Source of the DNA: an uncultured Bacteroidales bacterium
GTDB taxonomy: Bacteria > Bacteroidota > Bacteroidia > Bacteroidales > CHK158-818
NCBI GenBank assembly: GCA_949300615.1
Contig: CASGEW010000006.1
Location: 2,470-66,469 of the forward strand
Reading direction: 5' to 3'
Length of the DNA stretch: 64,000 nucleotides
Each line of letters opens with the position of its first letter. Positions within the stretch are counted from its first letter, which is position 1. Made by a program: the position numbers and the translations under genes. The notes beneath the pieces were generated by a model. It worked only from the letters and a program-made list of their open reading frames with translations, did not search any database and was not told the DNA's origin. Positions 1 to 8,282 of the stretch are shown one piece after another.

Positions 1-163
1 CTTGACGGTTTGCAGATAACCAAAAAGGAGAGAAATCTCCTCCTCCCGATATCATATTGGCTTCTGCGTCATACCGCAACTCGAAATCATCGTTCTGGGC
101 ATATAATTCAGGAAAAATACACGCCAACAAAAAGAAGAATATGAAAACAAAAAAACTTCTCAT
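1..163 (-). CDS. capsule assembly Wzi-family protein, N-terminal fragment (gene runs off the window start)
   Basis: My own minus-strand translation from the ATG at 161-163 gives MRSFFVFIFFFLLACIFPELYAQNDDFELRYDAEANMISGGGDFSPFWLSANRQ... It has a signal peptide and a PFWLxxN motif that I recall from Bacteroidales Wzi-family proteins. It is absent from the ORF track because fewer than 60 aa fall inside the window. Confidence 0.4.
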   Translation of the reverse strand, partial: MRSFFVFIFFFLLACIFPELYAQNDDFELRYDAEANMISGGGDFSPFWLSANRQ

Positions 164-166
164 TGA

Positions 167-574
167 TCAAAACTTCCTAAATATGAACAAAACTTCATCT
201 TTTCTCAACAAATGCAACGACGAGGCAGACTGTTTTACAATACGGAAATTTTCCGAAGGGCCATCCCAATCGTAATAACGCTTCAACGCAGTCAAATTAC
301 TTGCGAATGACGGCTCTATATTCATCTTTATAGTATCTTCTACAATATTGTATGATCCCACGGTTTCATTTAAAACACTCGGTATATGATTCACTGCCTG
401 TAATTTAAATACCCCAAACTGAAAATTATAATAAACCGTATCAACTTGAACAACTTTATCATCATATTGCATCTTTCTCAACTGCCATTTTCCTTCTAAG
501 CCATCCTTTCCCTCTTCACAAGCGGCAAAACAGGCAATCAAAAAAATAGATATTAAAAATTTCTTTATCTGCAT
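167..574 (-). CDS. lipocalin-like domain lipoprotein (hypothetical)
   Basis: I trimmed ORF 167..682 to the internal ATG at 572-574, giving MQIKKFLISIFLIACFAAC with a lipobox Cys. The following GKWQLRKM motif is typical of Bacteroidales lipocalin-like proteins. Its stop lies 3 nt before the Wzi-like start. Confidence 0.55.
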   Translation of the reverse strand: MQIKKFLISIFLIACFAACEEGKDGLEGKWQLRKMQYDDKVVQVDTVYYNFQFGVFKLQAVNHIPSVLNETVGSYNIVEDTIKMNIEPSFASNLTALKRYYDWDGPSENFRIVKQSASSLHLLRKDEVLFIFRKF

Positions 575-592
575 GAATACAAAAAATTTGCG

Positions 593-600
593 CAAATATA
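593..600 (-). promoter_or_regulatory. candidate Bacteroidota -7 promoter box (TATATTTG on minus strand)
   Basis: The plus strand reads CAAATATA, an exact TAnnTTTG match on the minus strand, about 19 nt upstream of the ATG at 574. It overlaps the 12-bp palindrome ATTTGCGCAAAT (586-597). Confidence 0.4.
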
Positions 601-770
601 GATAAAGAAGAATACAGAGACAAATGAGAACTCCATTTTTAAATTCGGCTATATTGTAAACTACACTATGTATTTTTATCAAAAACAGATTTCCAATCTG
701 CTCACAAAGAGAGTAACTCTTTTTAGTATATTTGAAAAAACAAATATTTGATTATATAGCAAATATATCA

Positions 771-778
771 TACATTTG
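771..778 (+). promoter_or_regulatory. candidate -7 promoter box TACATTTG
   Basis: This is an exact TAnnTTTG match 25 nt upstream of the ATG at 803. A second match (TATATTTG) lies at 727-734. Confidence 0.4.
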
Positions 779-802
779 CCGGGAATATTTACTCGTATTT
801 TT

Positions 803-3247
803 ATGACAAAAAAAATTAGTTACGTTTTCATTTTTTTTCTTTCCTTTTGTTGTGTGTATAGCCTTTCTGTATCTGCACAAAGCCAAACAGAAATTCTAAA
901 AAAGGCCCGGGAAATGGGTATTTCTGAAAGTGAAATCAGAAAACAAATAGAAGCAAAAGAGAATCAGACTCAACAAATATCTTCTTCAAATACAACTTCT
1001 GTTTTAAGAGATTCTTCCGTCAATACCCAATTATTAGACCATGTTAGGGAACAGATAAGACAAGATTCCTTAGACAAGGTAGTTTTTGGCCGAGAAATAT
1101 TCTCCTCGACCAACCTCTCTTTTGAACCGAACTACAATATGGCTACACCCCAAAATTACAAACTGGCTGCAGGAGATGAAATTGTCATTAACGTATGGGG
1201 TAGCACCGAAGCCAATTATCGGCAAAGAATCTCCCCCGACGGCTCGATCAATATAGAACGTGTAGGATTAATCTCTCTGGCTGGTCTTACCATTGAAGAG
1301 GCAGAAGAGTGGTTAAAACAACAACTCTCCCAAATCTATTCTGGATTAACCGAAGAGGGAGGAGACATCAATATCAAAGTATCGTTGGGACAAATCCGTA
1401 CCATAAAGGTGAATATCGTCGGCGAAGTAAGTATCCCGGGAACCTATACCCTACCTTCGCTATCGACACTATTTAATGCATTATATGCAGCAAAAGGGGT
1501 CAATGAAATCGGTACTCTTCGGAATATTAAATTATTCCGAAACAATAAAGAGATTGCTGTTTTAGACGTTTATGACTACCTGATAAACGGGAAACTTGAT
1601 GCGGATGTAAGGCTCGAAGACAACGATCTTATCATCGTCGAACCTTATAAAAATCTGGTATCAGTCAATGGAGAACTAAAACGGGAACGCATTTTTGAGC
1701 TGAAAGATGGCGAGACTTTGGAAGATTTAATCAAGTATGCTGGAGGATTTGCCGCCGACGCGTACGGCGACCGCATACAAGTCAGCCGAAAAAACGGGAC
1801 AAAATACCAAATGAATACGGTAGAAAAAGAAAATTTCCCGATGTTCACGATGCGCGACGGAGATAAAGTAGTAGTAAAACAGATCATCCCGATGTATGAA
1901 AACCGACTTGTCATAAAGGGGGCCGTATGGCATCCGGGAGAATTTGAATTGACTCCGGCCACCCAAACCGTAAAAAAATTAATTGAAGCAGCCGAAGGTT
2001 TAAAAGGCGACGCATTTACCACACGGGGACAAATTACCCGTATGCGTCCTGACTTCTCATACGAAGTTATCCCCGTGGATATAAAAGCTATATTCAACGG
2101 CCAGGCTCCGGATATTTTTCTTCAAAGTGAAGATGAATTATACATTCCTTCTATTTATGATCTTCAAGAGAATTATACCATTACTGTACATGGTGAGGTA
2201 AATAATATGCGACTACCTCAAACCGATGTAGAAAGTGCTTCAAAAGATTTTAATTTCAATACGGATCAAGATGGGCCAAACTCAAACAGGCCACGTGTGC
2301 TTCAAACCGTTTTCCCGTTTAAAGAGAACATGACGGTAGAAGACGCTATTTTATTAGCCGGAGGATTAAAAGAATCAGCTTCAGAAGCTGTTATTCAAGT
2401 ATCAAGACGGGTAAAGAACAGTAAATCCACCGAATTCACCGACACCCTTGCCTATAATTATACATTCTCTATCGATAAAGATCTAAAAATAGATCCTTCT
2501 GCAAAACTGTTTACATTACAACCTTTTGACGAAATATTCGTACGTCGCTCCCCCGGTTACCAAAAGCAACAAATGGTACGGATCGAAGGAGAGGTTCTTT
2601 TCCCTGGTCTGTATGTACTTTCATCTCCCAACGAACGGCTATCTGATCTGATCGAACGGGCAGGAGGAGTATCCCCGCAAGCTTACATAAAAGGGGCCTC
2701 CCTCAAACGAAAAAAGACAGAAGATGACTACATGAAAGAGTTAGCATTACAAACCCTTCAATCACAAGATTTAGACACCTTACAAGTCAATCCCATAGGG
2801 CAAGACTCCATGTTCATAATCGGAATAGACTTAAGTAAGGCCATGGAAACGACCAACAATGAAGAATATAACATTGTCTTAAAAGAAAACGACATCTTAA
2901 CGATTCCTCAATTAACCAATACGGTAAAAATAGAGGGGTCTGTCATGTTTCCCAACACGACAAGTTACCAAGAGGGATACAACCTGAAAGATTACATCGA
3001 CAAAGCCGGTGGATACTCCAAAAGAGCACATAAAAAGCCCTATGTTATCTATATGAACGGACAGGTAGCCACCACCAAAAATGGGTTCCTTAAAAAGAAA
3101 TACCCCAAAATAGAACCAGGATGTGAAATTGTAGTTCCTCAGAAACCAGAAACCCAACGCATGTCGATAGGAGAGATCGTAGGTATTTCATCTTCGGTTG
3201 TCTCTTTGGCTGCCATTATCATCACCATGACCAATAACTTAAAATAA
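803..3247 (+). CDS. polysaccharide export outer-membrane protein (Wza-like, multiple SLBB domains)
   Basis: I trimmed ORF 776..3247 from its TTG to the ATG at 803, giving MTKKISYVFIFFLSF with a signal peptide. It has the Poly_export-like motif GDEIVINVWG and repeated SLBB-like blocks (V.V.GEV..PG.Y.L). Confidence 0.8.
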   Translation: MTKKISYVFIFFLSFCCVYSLSVSAQSQTEILKKAREMGISESEIRKQIEAKENQTQQISSSNTTSVLRDSSVNTQLLDHVREQIRQDSLDKVVFGREIFSSTNLSFEPNYNMATPQNYKLAAGDEIVINVWGSTEANYRQRISPDGSINIERVGLISLAGLTIEEAEEWLKQQLSQIYSGLTEEGGDINIKVSLGQIRTIKVNIVGEVSIPGTYTLPSLSTLFNALYAAKGVNEIGTLRNIKLFRNNKEIAVLDVYDYLINGKLDADVRLEDNDLIIVEPYKNLVSVNGELKRERIFELKDGETLEDLIKYAGGFAADAYGDRIQVSRKNGTKYQMNTVEKENFPMFTMRDGDKVVVKQIIPMYENRLVIKGAVWHPGEFELTPATQTVKKLIEAAEGLKGDAFTTRGQITRMRPDFSYEVIPVDIKAIFNGQAPDIFLQSEDELYIPSIYDLQENYTITVHGEVNNMRLPQTDVESASKDFNFNTDQDGPNSNRPRVLQTVFPFKENMTVEDAILLAGGLKESASEAVIQVSRRVKNSKSTEFTDTLAYNYTFSIDKDLKIDPSAKLFTLQPFDEIFVRRSPGYQKQQMVRIEGEVLFPGLYVLSSPNERLSDLIERAGGVSPQAYIKGASLKRKKTEDDYMKELALQTLQSQDLDTLQVNPIGQDSMFIIGIDLSKAMETTNNEEYNIVLKENDILTIPQLTNTVKIEGSVMFPNTTSYQEGYNLKDYIDKAGGYSKRAHKKPYVIYMNGQVATTKNGFLKKKYPKIEPGCEIVVPQKPETQRMSIGEIVGISSSVVSLAAIIITMTNNLK

Positions 3248-3257
3248 AACCGACAAA

Positions 3258-4376
3258 ATGGATGAAAATAACAATAAAAATCCAGAAACAGAAATCGATC
3301 TGATCGATCTGGCAAAATATTTGTGGAAAGATTACAAACTGGTCCTAAAATGTGCAGGAATCGGATTTGTTGTCGGTATCATCGTTGCATTCAGTCTCCC
3401 CAAAGAATACACAACTACGGTCAAATTAGCTCCGGAAGGAGGAGGAAATAACCGATTAAGCAACTTGGCGGGGTTAGCGGGACTGGCAGGGATAAACCTG
3501 AATAGTGTTTCTGAGAAAGATGGTATAAACAGCGATATATATCCGGATGTCATAGAAAGCACACCCTTCCTTCTCGAATTCATGGATATGACTGTTACCA
3601 CCCAAGATGGGGAAAACACCTACTCTTTTTATGACTATATGCTAAAAGAACAAAAACAGGCTTGGTGGAAATCTGTTATGGGATCTCCTATGAAATTGAT
3701 TGCCTGGATAAGAAGCATAGGTAAAGAAAAACAATCCACCCCCAACGATACAATAGACATATTCAACCTAACACCGGCACAAGTCGCTTTTACTTCTGTA
3801 CTCAAAAGCCGAATATTGTTTGAACCGGACAAAAAAAGCGGAATCATTTCGGTTACGGCCAAAATGCAGGACCCTCTTATCTCTGCTGTTATCGTTGACT
3901 CTACCATTCAAAAGTTACAACGGTATATAACCGATTACAAAACAAAAAAGGCCCGTTATGACCTCTTGATCAACCAACAACTTTACGAACAGGCCAAAAA
4001 GAACTATTACGCCATAGAAGACGATCTCGCCCAAATGAAAGACCGAAACAGAGGATTGAAATCCGAAGCATTAACCATCAAAATAGAGCGTCAACAAAAT
4101 GAGCGGGATTTGGCCTATACCATTTATAACCAAGCGGCACAACAAGTAGAAGTTTCAAAACTAAAATTACAAGAGATCACACCGATTTATACGATTCTTG
4201 AACCGGCAAGAGTGCCGTTACAGGAAAGTTCTCCCAACAAAAAGATGATCATTCTGGCATTCATCTTCTTAGGAGCATTCGGTATTGTCGGTTATAAAAC
4301 CATGCTATATTTGTTTGCCGAATCAAAAGGAAAGGGCAAAGAGACTATAACAAGCGACGCAATCCAAAACAATTAA
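3258..4376 (+). CDS. Wzz-family polysaccharide chain-length determinant protein
   Basis: The N-terminus reads IDLIDLAKYLWKDYKLVLKCAGIGFVVGIIVAF, containing TM1. A coiled-coil middle region and a C-terminal TM segment follow. The gene sits immediately after the Wza-like gene. Confidence 0.75.
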   Translation: MDENNNKNPETEIDLIDLAKYLWKDYKLVLKCAGIGFVVGIIVAFSLPKEYTTTVKLAPEGGGNNRLSNLAGLAGLAGINLNSVSEKDGINSDIYPDVIESTPFLLEFMDMTVTTQDGENTYSFYDYMLKEQKQAWWKSVMGSPMKLIAWIRSIGKEKQSTPNDTIDIFNLTPAQVAFTSVLKSRILFEPDKKSGIISVTAKMQDPLISAVIVDSTIQKLQRYITDYKTKKARYDLLINQQLYEQAKKNYYAIEDDLAQMKDRNRGLKSEALTIKIERQQNERDLAYTIYNQAAQQVEVSKLKLQEITPIYTILEPARVPLQESSPNKKMIILAFIFLGAFGIVGYKTMLYLFAESKGKGKETITSDAIQNN

Positions 4377-4810
4377 AACTCGTCGTCATCATCGTCATCA
4401 AAGCCGAAATCAAAATCGCCATCATCAATAGCCAAGAATTTTTGAAGCTCACGTCCCTCTTTTTTCGTTGGACGGCCAGTTCCTTTGGCCCGGTTGACAA
4501 AACCGTTTATTCGGGATAATTCCAGAATTTCATATTGATCTGGTGTCGTTACATTTTCCAAATATTCCGGAACGGCTTTTGCCCCCATCCTTTTCTCAGT
4601 AAGAGCCAACACCTTGAAAGAGAATGTTACCGGCGGTTTGCGTACCTGTATCACCTCACCCACTTTGATCATACGAGAGGCCTTTATGGGAATATTCTGA
4701 ATAGAAACGCGTCCTTTTTTACATGCCTCGACAGCAATCGTACGAGTTTTAAATATCCGCGTAGCCCACAACCATTTATCAATACGGACTTCGTTTTCTT
4801 TGGCCGCCAT
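4373..4810 (-). CDS. RNA-binding S4 domain protein (Hsp15-like) with poly-acidic C-terminal tail
   Basis: The motif VRIDKWLWATRIFKTRTIAVEACKKGRV is a classic Hsp15/S4 signature. The protein ends in DDGDFDFGFDDDDDDEF. It is the last gene of the L25-pth-S4 cluster. Confidence 0.8.
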   Translation of the reverse strand: MAAKENEVRIDKWLWATRIFKTRTIAVEACKKGRVSIQNIPIKASRMIKVGEVIQVRKPPVTFSFKVLALTEKRMGAKAVPEYLENVTTPDQYEILELSRINGFVNRAKGTGRPTKKEGRELQKFLAIDDGDFDFGFDDDDDDEF

Positions 4811-4821
4811 ACTCTACAATC

Positions 4822-5385
4822 TTACTTATTATTAAACTGATTCATCGTATTTTGTATTCCGCACAACACAAAACTACGAATAATCTCTTCTGCCACACCC
4901 AACCGTTGCGGCAACACCCGTTCCTGCTCATCGGTAAATGAGCCCAATACATAATCAACTTGTGCTCCTTTGGGGAAATCGTTCCCGATTCCGAAACGCA
5001 ATCGGGCGTATTGATTCGTCCCCAAAATCTGTTGTATATGCTTCAACCCGTTATGTCCAGCATCGCTACCCTTGGGCTTTAACCGTAAAGTGCCAAAAGG
5101 CAATGCCAAATCATCCACAACAATCAACAAATTTTCCAACGCGATCTTCTCTTTCTGCATCCAATAGCGAACGGCATTTCCACTCAGGTTCATATAGGTA
5201 GAAGGTTTCAACAGATAAACCATGTGTCCCTTCAAACGCCATTCACAAATGGCCCCATAACGAGCATCGGCGAAAACAAGATTGGACGCCTTGGTTAAAG
5301 CGTCCAATACTCTGAATCCTATGTTATGCCGGGTATATTGATATTCTGTGCCAATATTTCCCAGCCCTACAACCAAATATTTCAT
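4822..5385 (-). CDS. pth: peptidyl-tRNA hydrolase
   Basis: The sequence [24 protein letters not shown]...GHNGLK carries the canonical Pth motifs. Confidence 0.95.
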   Translation of the reverse strand: MKYLVVGLGNIGTEYQYTRHNIGFRVLDALTKASNLVFADARYGAICEWRLKGHMVYLLKPSTYMNLSGNAVRYWMQKEKIALENLLIVVDDLALPFGTLRLKPKGSDAGHNGLKHIQQILGTNQYARLRFGIGNDFPKGAQVDYVLGSFTDEQERVLPQRLGVAEEIIRSFVLCGIQNTMNQFNNK

Positions 5386-5392
5386 TCAATCA

Positions 5393-6043
5393 TTATTCAC
5401 CCTTTGCTTGTGCCCCTCTGGCTGCACGAGTCAGATTAACAGCACAAACTACTGCATTCTTAGCATTTACCAGTTCAAGGCCTTCAAAGTGAAGATCTCC
5501 TACCTGCATGGTCTTACCCAAGCCCAAATTATCGACATTGATAACCAATTTTTCGGGGATATTGCTATAAATGGCTTTTACTTTCAATTTACGCATGGAA
5601 AGATTCAATTTACCACCGGCTTTCACCCCTTCTGCATGACCTTCCAACACCACAGGAACTTCCATGATAACAGGTTTGGTTTCATTAACCGCCAAAAAGT
5701 CCATATGCAAAATGGCATCTGTTACAGGATGGAACTGAATATCTTTTAAAATAGCTTTTACATTTTTCTTTCCTACCGTAAGGTCTACGACAAAAATATC
5801 GGGAGAATAAACCAGTTTCCGAACAGCATCTTTCGATACGGTAAAATCCGTTACAATGGTTCCTTTTTTCCCACCTTCTATTTCAACCAATTTTTCACCT
5901 TCTGACAAGGTTCCTTTGTAAGGCAAAGTAAAAACTTCTCCACCGTTCAATACGGCCGGAATTAAATTTTGTTTACGGAGAGCTTTTACGGCTTTCTTCC
6001 CTAAATCTACTCGGGGAGTAGCGTTCAATTCAAATGTTTTCAT
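5393..6043 (-). CDS. rplY: 50S ribosomal protein L25 / general stress protein Ctc
   Basis: Its length (216 aa), N-terminus (ATPRVDLGKKAVKALRKQNLIPAVL) and synteny with pth all fit L25/Ctc. Confidence 0.9.
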   Translation of the reverse strand: MKTFELNATPRVDLGKKAVKALRKQNLIPAVLNGGEVFTLPYKGTLSEGEKLVEIEGGKKGTIVTDFTVSKDAVRKLVYSPDIFVVDLTVGKKNVKAILKDIQFHPVTDAILHMDFLAVNETKPVIMEVPVVLEGHAEGVKAGGKLNLSMRKLKVKAIYSNIPEKLVINVDNLGLGKTMQVGDLHFEGLELVNAKNAVVCAVNLTRAARGAQAKGE

Positions 6044-6123
6044 TCTGTTTGTTTTTTGTGTTACTCAAAATTAAGATTATTTGCTCCTTAATTTCCCATC
6101 ACACGGAATATAAAAAAGCGTTG

Positions 6124-6131
6124 CAAAGGTA
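6124..6131 (-). promoter_or_regulatory. candidate -7 promoter box (TACCTTTG on minus strand)
   Basis: The plus strand reads CAAAGGTA, about 81 nt upstream of the rplY ATG. Confidence 0.35.
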
Positions 6132-6184
6132 GTCAAATTATTGATATGTTCGTAATTATTAGCCTTATTTTTTAATAATATGAT

Positions 6185-7168
6185 TCATTCAAAATCTGTC
6201 GGAAAACGAACGTCATCCTTTATTTTCCCACTCCGTAAACGGACATAAGTACGGAATGAACGTTCTCCTTGTGTCAGTTCGATAATACGGGCACCATTTT
6301 CTATATGCGTATAGGTTGTTTTCCCTCCGGTAAAACGACCATATCCCAACGCTATCCCACGCGCATTCACCACGTAATCGTTATCGTGGTCATGCCCCAC
6401 GAACGTTCCTACGATATCTCCGGATTCTATCATGGCGGCAAACATCCCACTATTCAATTCAGGTGAACATTCCGGTTCATTGCGGCTACCCACCCGTTTG
6501 TTTTCTTTTTGGTCGAACGCTTCACGATACTCGGGCAACGGGATATGGAAAAATGCCAGAGCTGGCAGTGGAACTTGCCCGTTTTTGCGCGTATATTTTG
6601 CGCTCATCTGCCGATACCACGCGATTTGATCTGCCGTAAACCAGCCATATCCCTTAAACCGTTTATCTGTCGGATAGGCATTTGAGTCGAAGCAATAAAG
6701 TAAAAAAGAGACTTTCTTGTCTGCGGCATCTTTTATCTCTACAACCGTATTCAACACCCCCTTTATAGGAGGGTCCTTACGGGCATTGACATTCATTTTA
6801 TACTTTTTTACCAAATCGGATATTTCCTTACGCGACAGATTTTGTTCGTCGTCGTGATTACCCGGAACTACACAAAACGGGACAGAGCGTTGTTCCAATT
6901 CGCCGAGAATCGTTTCCCAACCCTGCTCTGCCGGCTTATCGGTAACCACATCCCCCGAAAAGACAACCAAATCCGGTTGTTCTGCCTCAATAGTCTCTCG
7001 AATGGTTTGAAGAGCGACCTTGGAATTATCGTTGCCTGGCACATAATGGACATCGGTAAATTGCACAATTTTAAATTTTCCATTCGCATTAAAATGCAAT
7101 CCCGGAGAAGAGAATGTCGGTAAAAAACCGGCAAAAACGAATAGACATATTCCTAAAAGCTTTTTCAT
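6185..7168 (-). CDS. secreted metallophosphoesterase (calcineurin-like)
   Basis: I trimmed the ORF to the ATG at 7166-7168 (MKKLLGICLFVF). It carries the motifs QFTDVHY, FSGD, PGNHD and GHDHDND. Confidence 0.8.
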   Translation of the reverse strand: MKKLLGICLFVFAGFLPTFSSPGLHFNANGKFKIVQFTDVHYVPGNDNSKVALQTIRETIEAEQPDLVVFSGDVVTDKPAEQGWETILGELEQRSVPFCVVPGNHDDEQNLSRKEISDLVKKYKMNVNARKDPPIKGVLNTVVEIKDAADKKVSFLLYCFDSNAYPTDKRFKGYGWFTADQIAWYRQMSAKYTRKNGQVPLPALAFFHIPLPEYREAFDQKENKRVGSRNEPECSPELNSGMFAAMIESGDIVGTFVGHDHDNDYVVNARGIALGYGRFTGGKTTYTHIENGARIIELTQGERSFRTYVRLRSGKIKDDVRFPTDFE

Positions 7169-7332
7169 AGCTAATCCCAAATTTTAATTTCACGGCGCAA
7201 TTTAGCTCTTTTTTTATAACCCGACAATTTTACAACTCCCCCAATAAATACACTTTGTTTAATATCTTTAAATTTTCCCATACTTGCCTTCAATTCATAT
7301 TTAATTTGTACTTTTATGCAAATTTTTAGGGA

Positions 7333-8139
7333 ATGCGTTTTAAACTGATTTTATTAATAAAACCTGACTCATTCGGCAATATCCTTCCTGTTAGCTATCA
7401 ATACGAATTGTCATCGTGCATTTTCAAGAAAATGACCGAGAACAAATTGTTGTACGCCAATTGGATGAGAATGAACGGATTTATCGAAAACGCTAACCAT
7501 CAAAACCGATTATTTTCTATTTCCAACTTCTACATTCCCCACATAAAAGTAGAGCAAGACAGGCTTTATTTATTGACAAAACGTATTCAGGTATGGCTGT
7601 CTTTCCTGCCAGAAAGAGGTACCGTCGAATTTGTGGAATCGGTTTTCGCCAATACCTCTTTGTTAATCGGCGACAAAAAGAGCCGGGTAAACTTTCTGGT
7701 AGAACAAATCACGGTACATTCAGAAGAGCCTACCGAGCACAAGACACAATATCTTTCACTCTCTCCGATCGTCTTTTCTTGCCCGAGGACCAATCACAGC
7801 GTAGAGTATATAAGCCCCTACAACAGTGAATATCAGGAAATTATGAAGCAAAGTATTTTAAACAAATACAAAATATTGTACGGAAAGGAGTTCTCTATTG
7901 ACAACAACTGGAATTTTGAAATTTTATCGGAGCCCAAACGAAAAGGAATCTTTATCAAAAGATTCACCCCTAACGAAACCAAAGTAATCGGATATATGTA
8001 CAAGTTCTGTATTCAGATGCATCCTACTCTACAAAAAATAATATACCATACAGGATTGGGAGACAAAATAAATTTGGGATTCGGATGCATCGAAATATTG
8101 AAAAACAACCCCGATACTAACATAAAAATCGAAGGATAA
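7333..8139 (+). CDS. Cas6-like RAMP endoribonuclease, standalone
   Basis: The N-terminus MRFKLILL...LPVSYQYELSSCIF has the Cas6 LP.NY.Y.L.S.IY pattern. The C-terminus has the Gly-rich loop GLGDKINLGFGCIEIL. The length (268 aa) is typical of Cas6. Confidence 0.6.
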   Translation: MRFKLILLIKPDSFGNILPVSYQYELSSCIFKKMTENKLLYANWMRMNGFIENANHQNRLFSISNFYIPHIKVEQDRLYLLTKRIQVWLSFLPERGTVEFVESVFANTSLLIGDKKSRVNFLVEQITVHSEEPTEHKTQYLSLSPIVFSCPRTNHSVEYISPYNSEYQEIMKQSILNKYKILYGKEFSIDNNWNFEILSEPKRKGIFIKRFTPNETKVIGYMYKFCIQMHPTLQKIIYHTGLGDKINLGFGCIEILKNNPDTNIKIEG

Positions 8140-8282
8140 AAGATTAAATCCGCTATTTATAGACCTTACAAAACCCTGCAAGCAAAAAATATCGGAATTT
8201 CAGTATGAACTAAGGAAAATTTTATTTTAATTTGTCGTTGTAACACAAACAAAAAACAAGTCTCTTTTTTAATTTTTTTTTT

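Noticed and set aside
7169-8282. Search for a CRISPR repeat-spacer array or leader next to the Cas6-like gene
   Set aside because: The flanks are short (164 and 143 bp) and show no repeated 25-40-nt unit. No array-like periodicity was seen in any other intergenic region of the window.
8273-8282. T10 run immediately abutting the DUF349 start codon
   Set aside because: AT-rich leaders without Shine-Dalgarno sites are normal in Bacteroidota, and nothing suggests a regulatory or slippage role.
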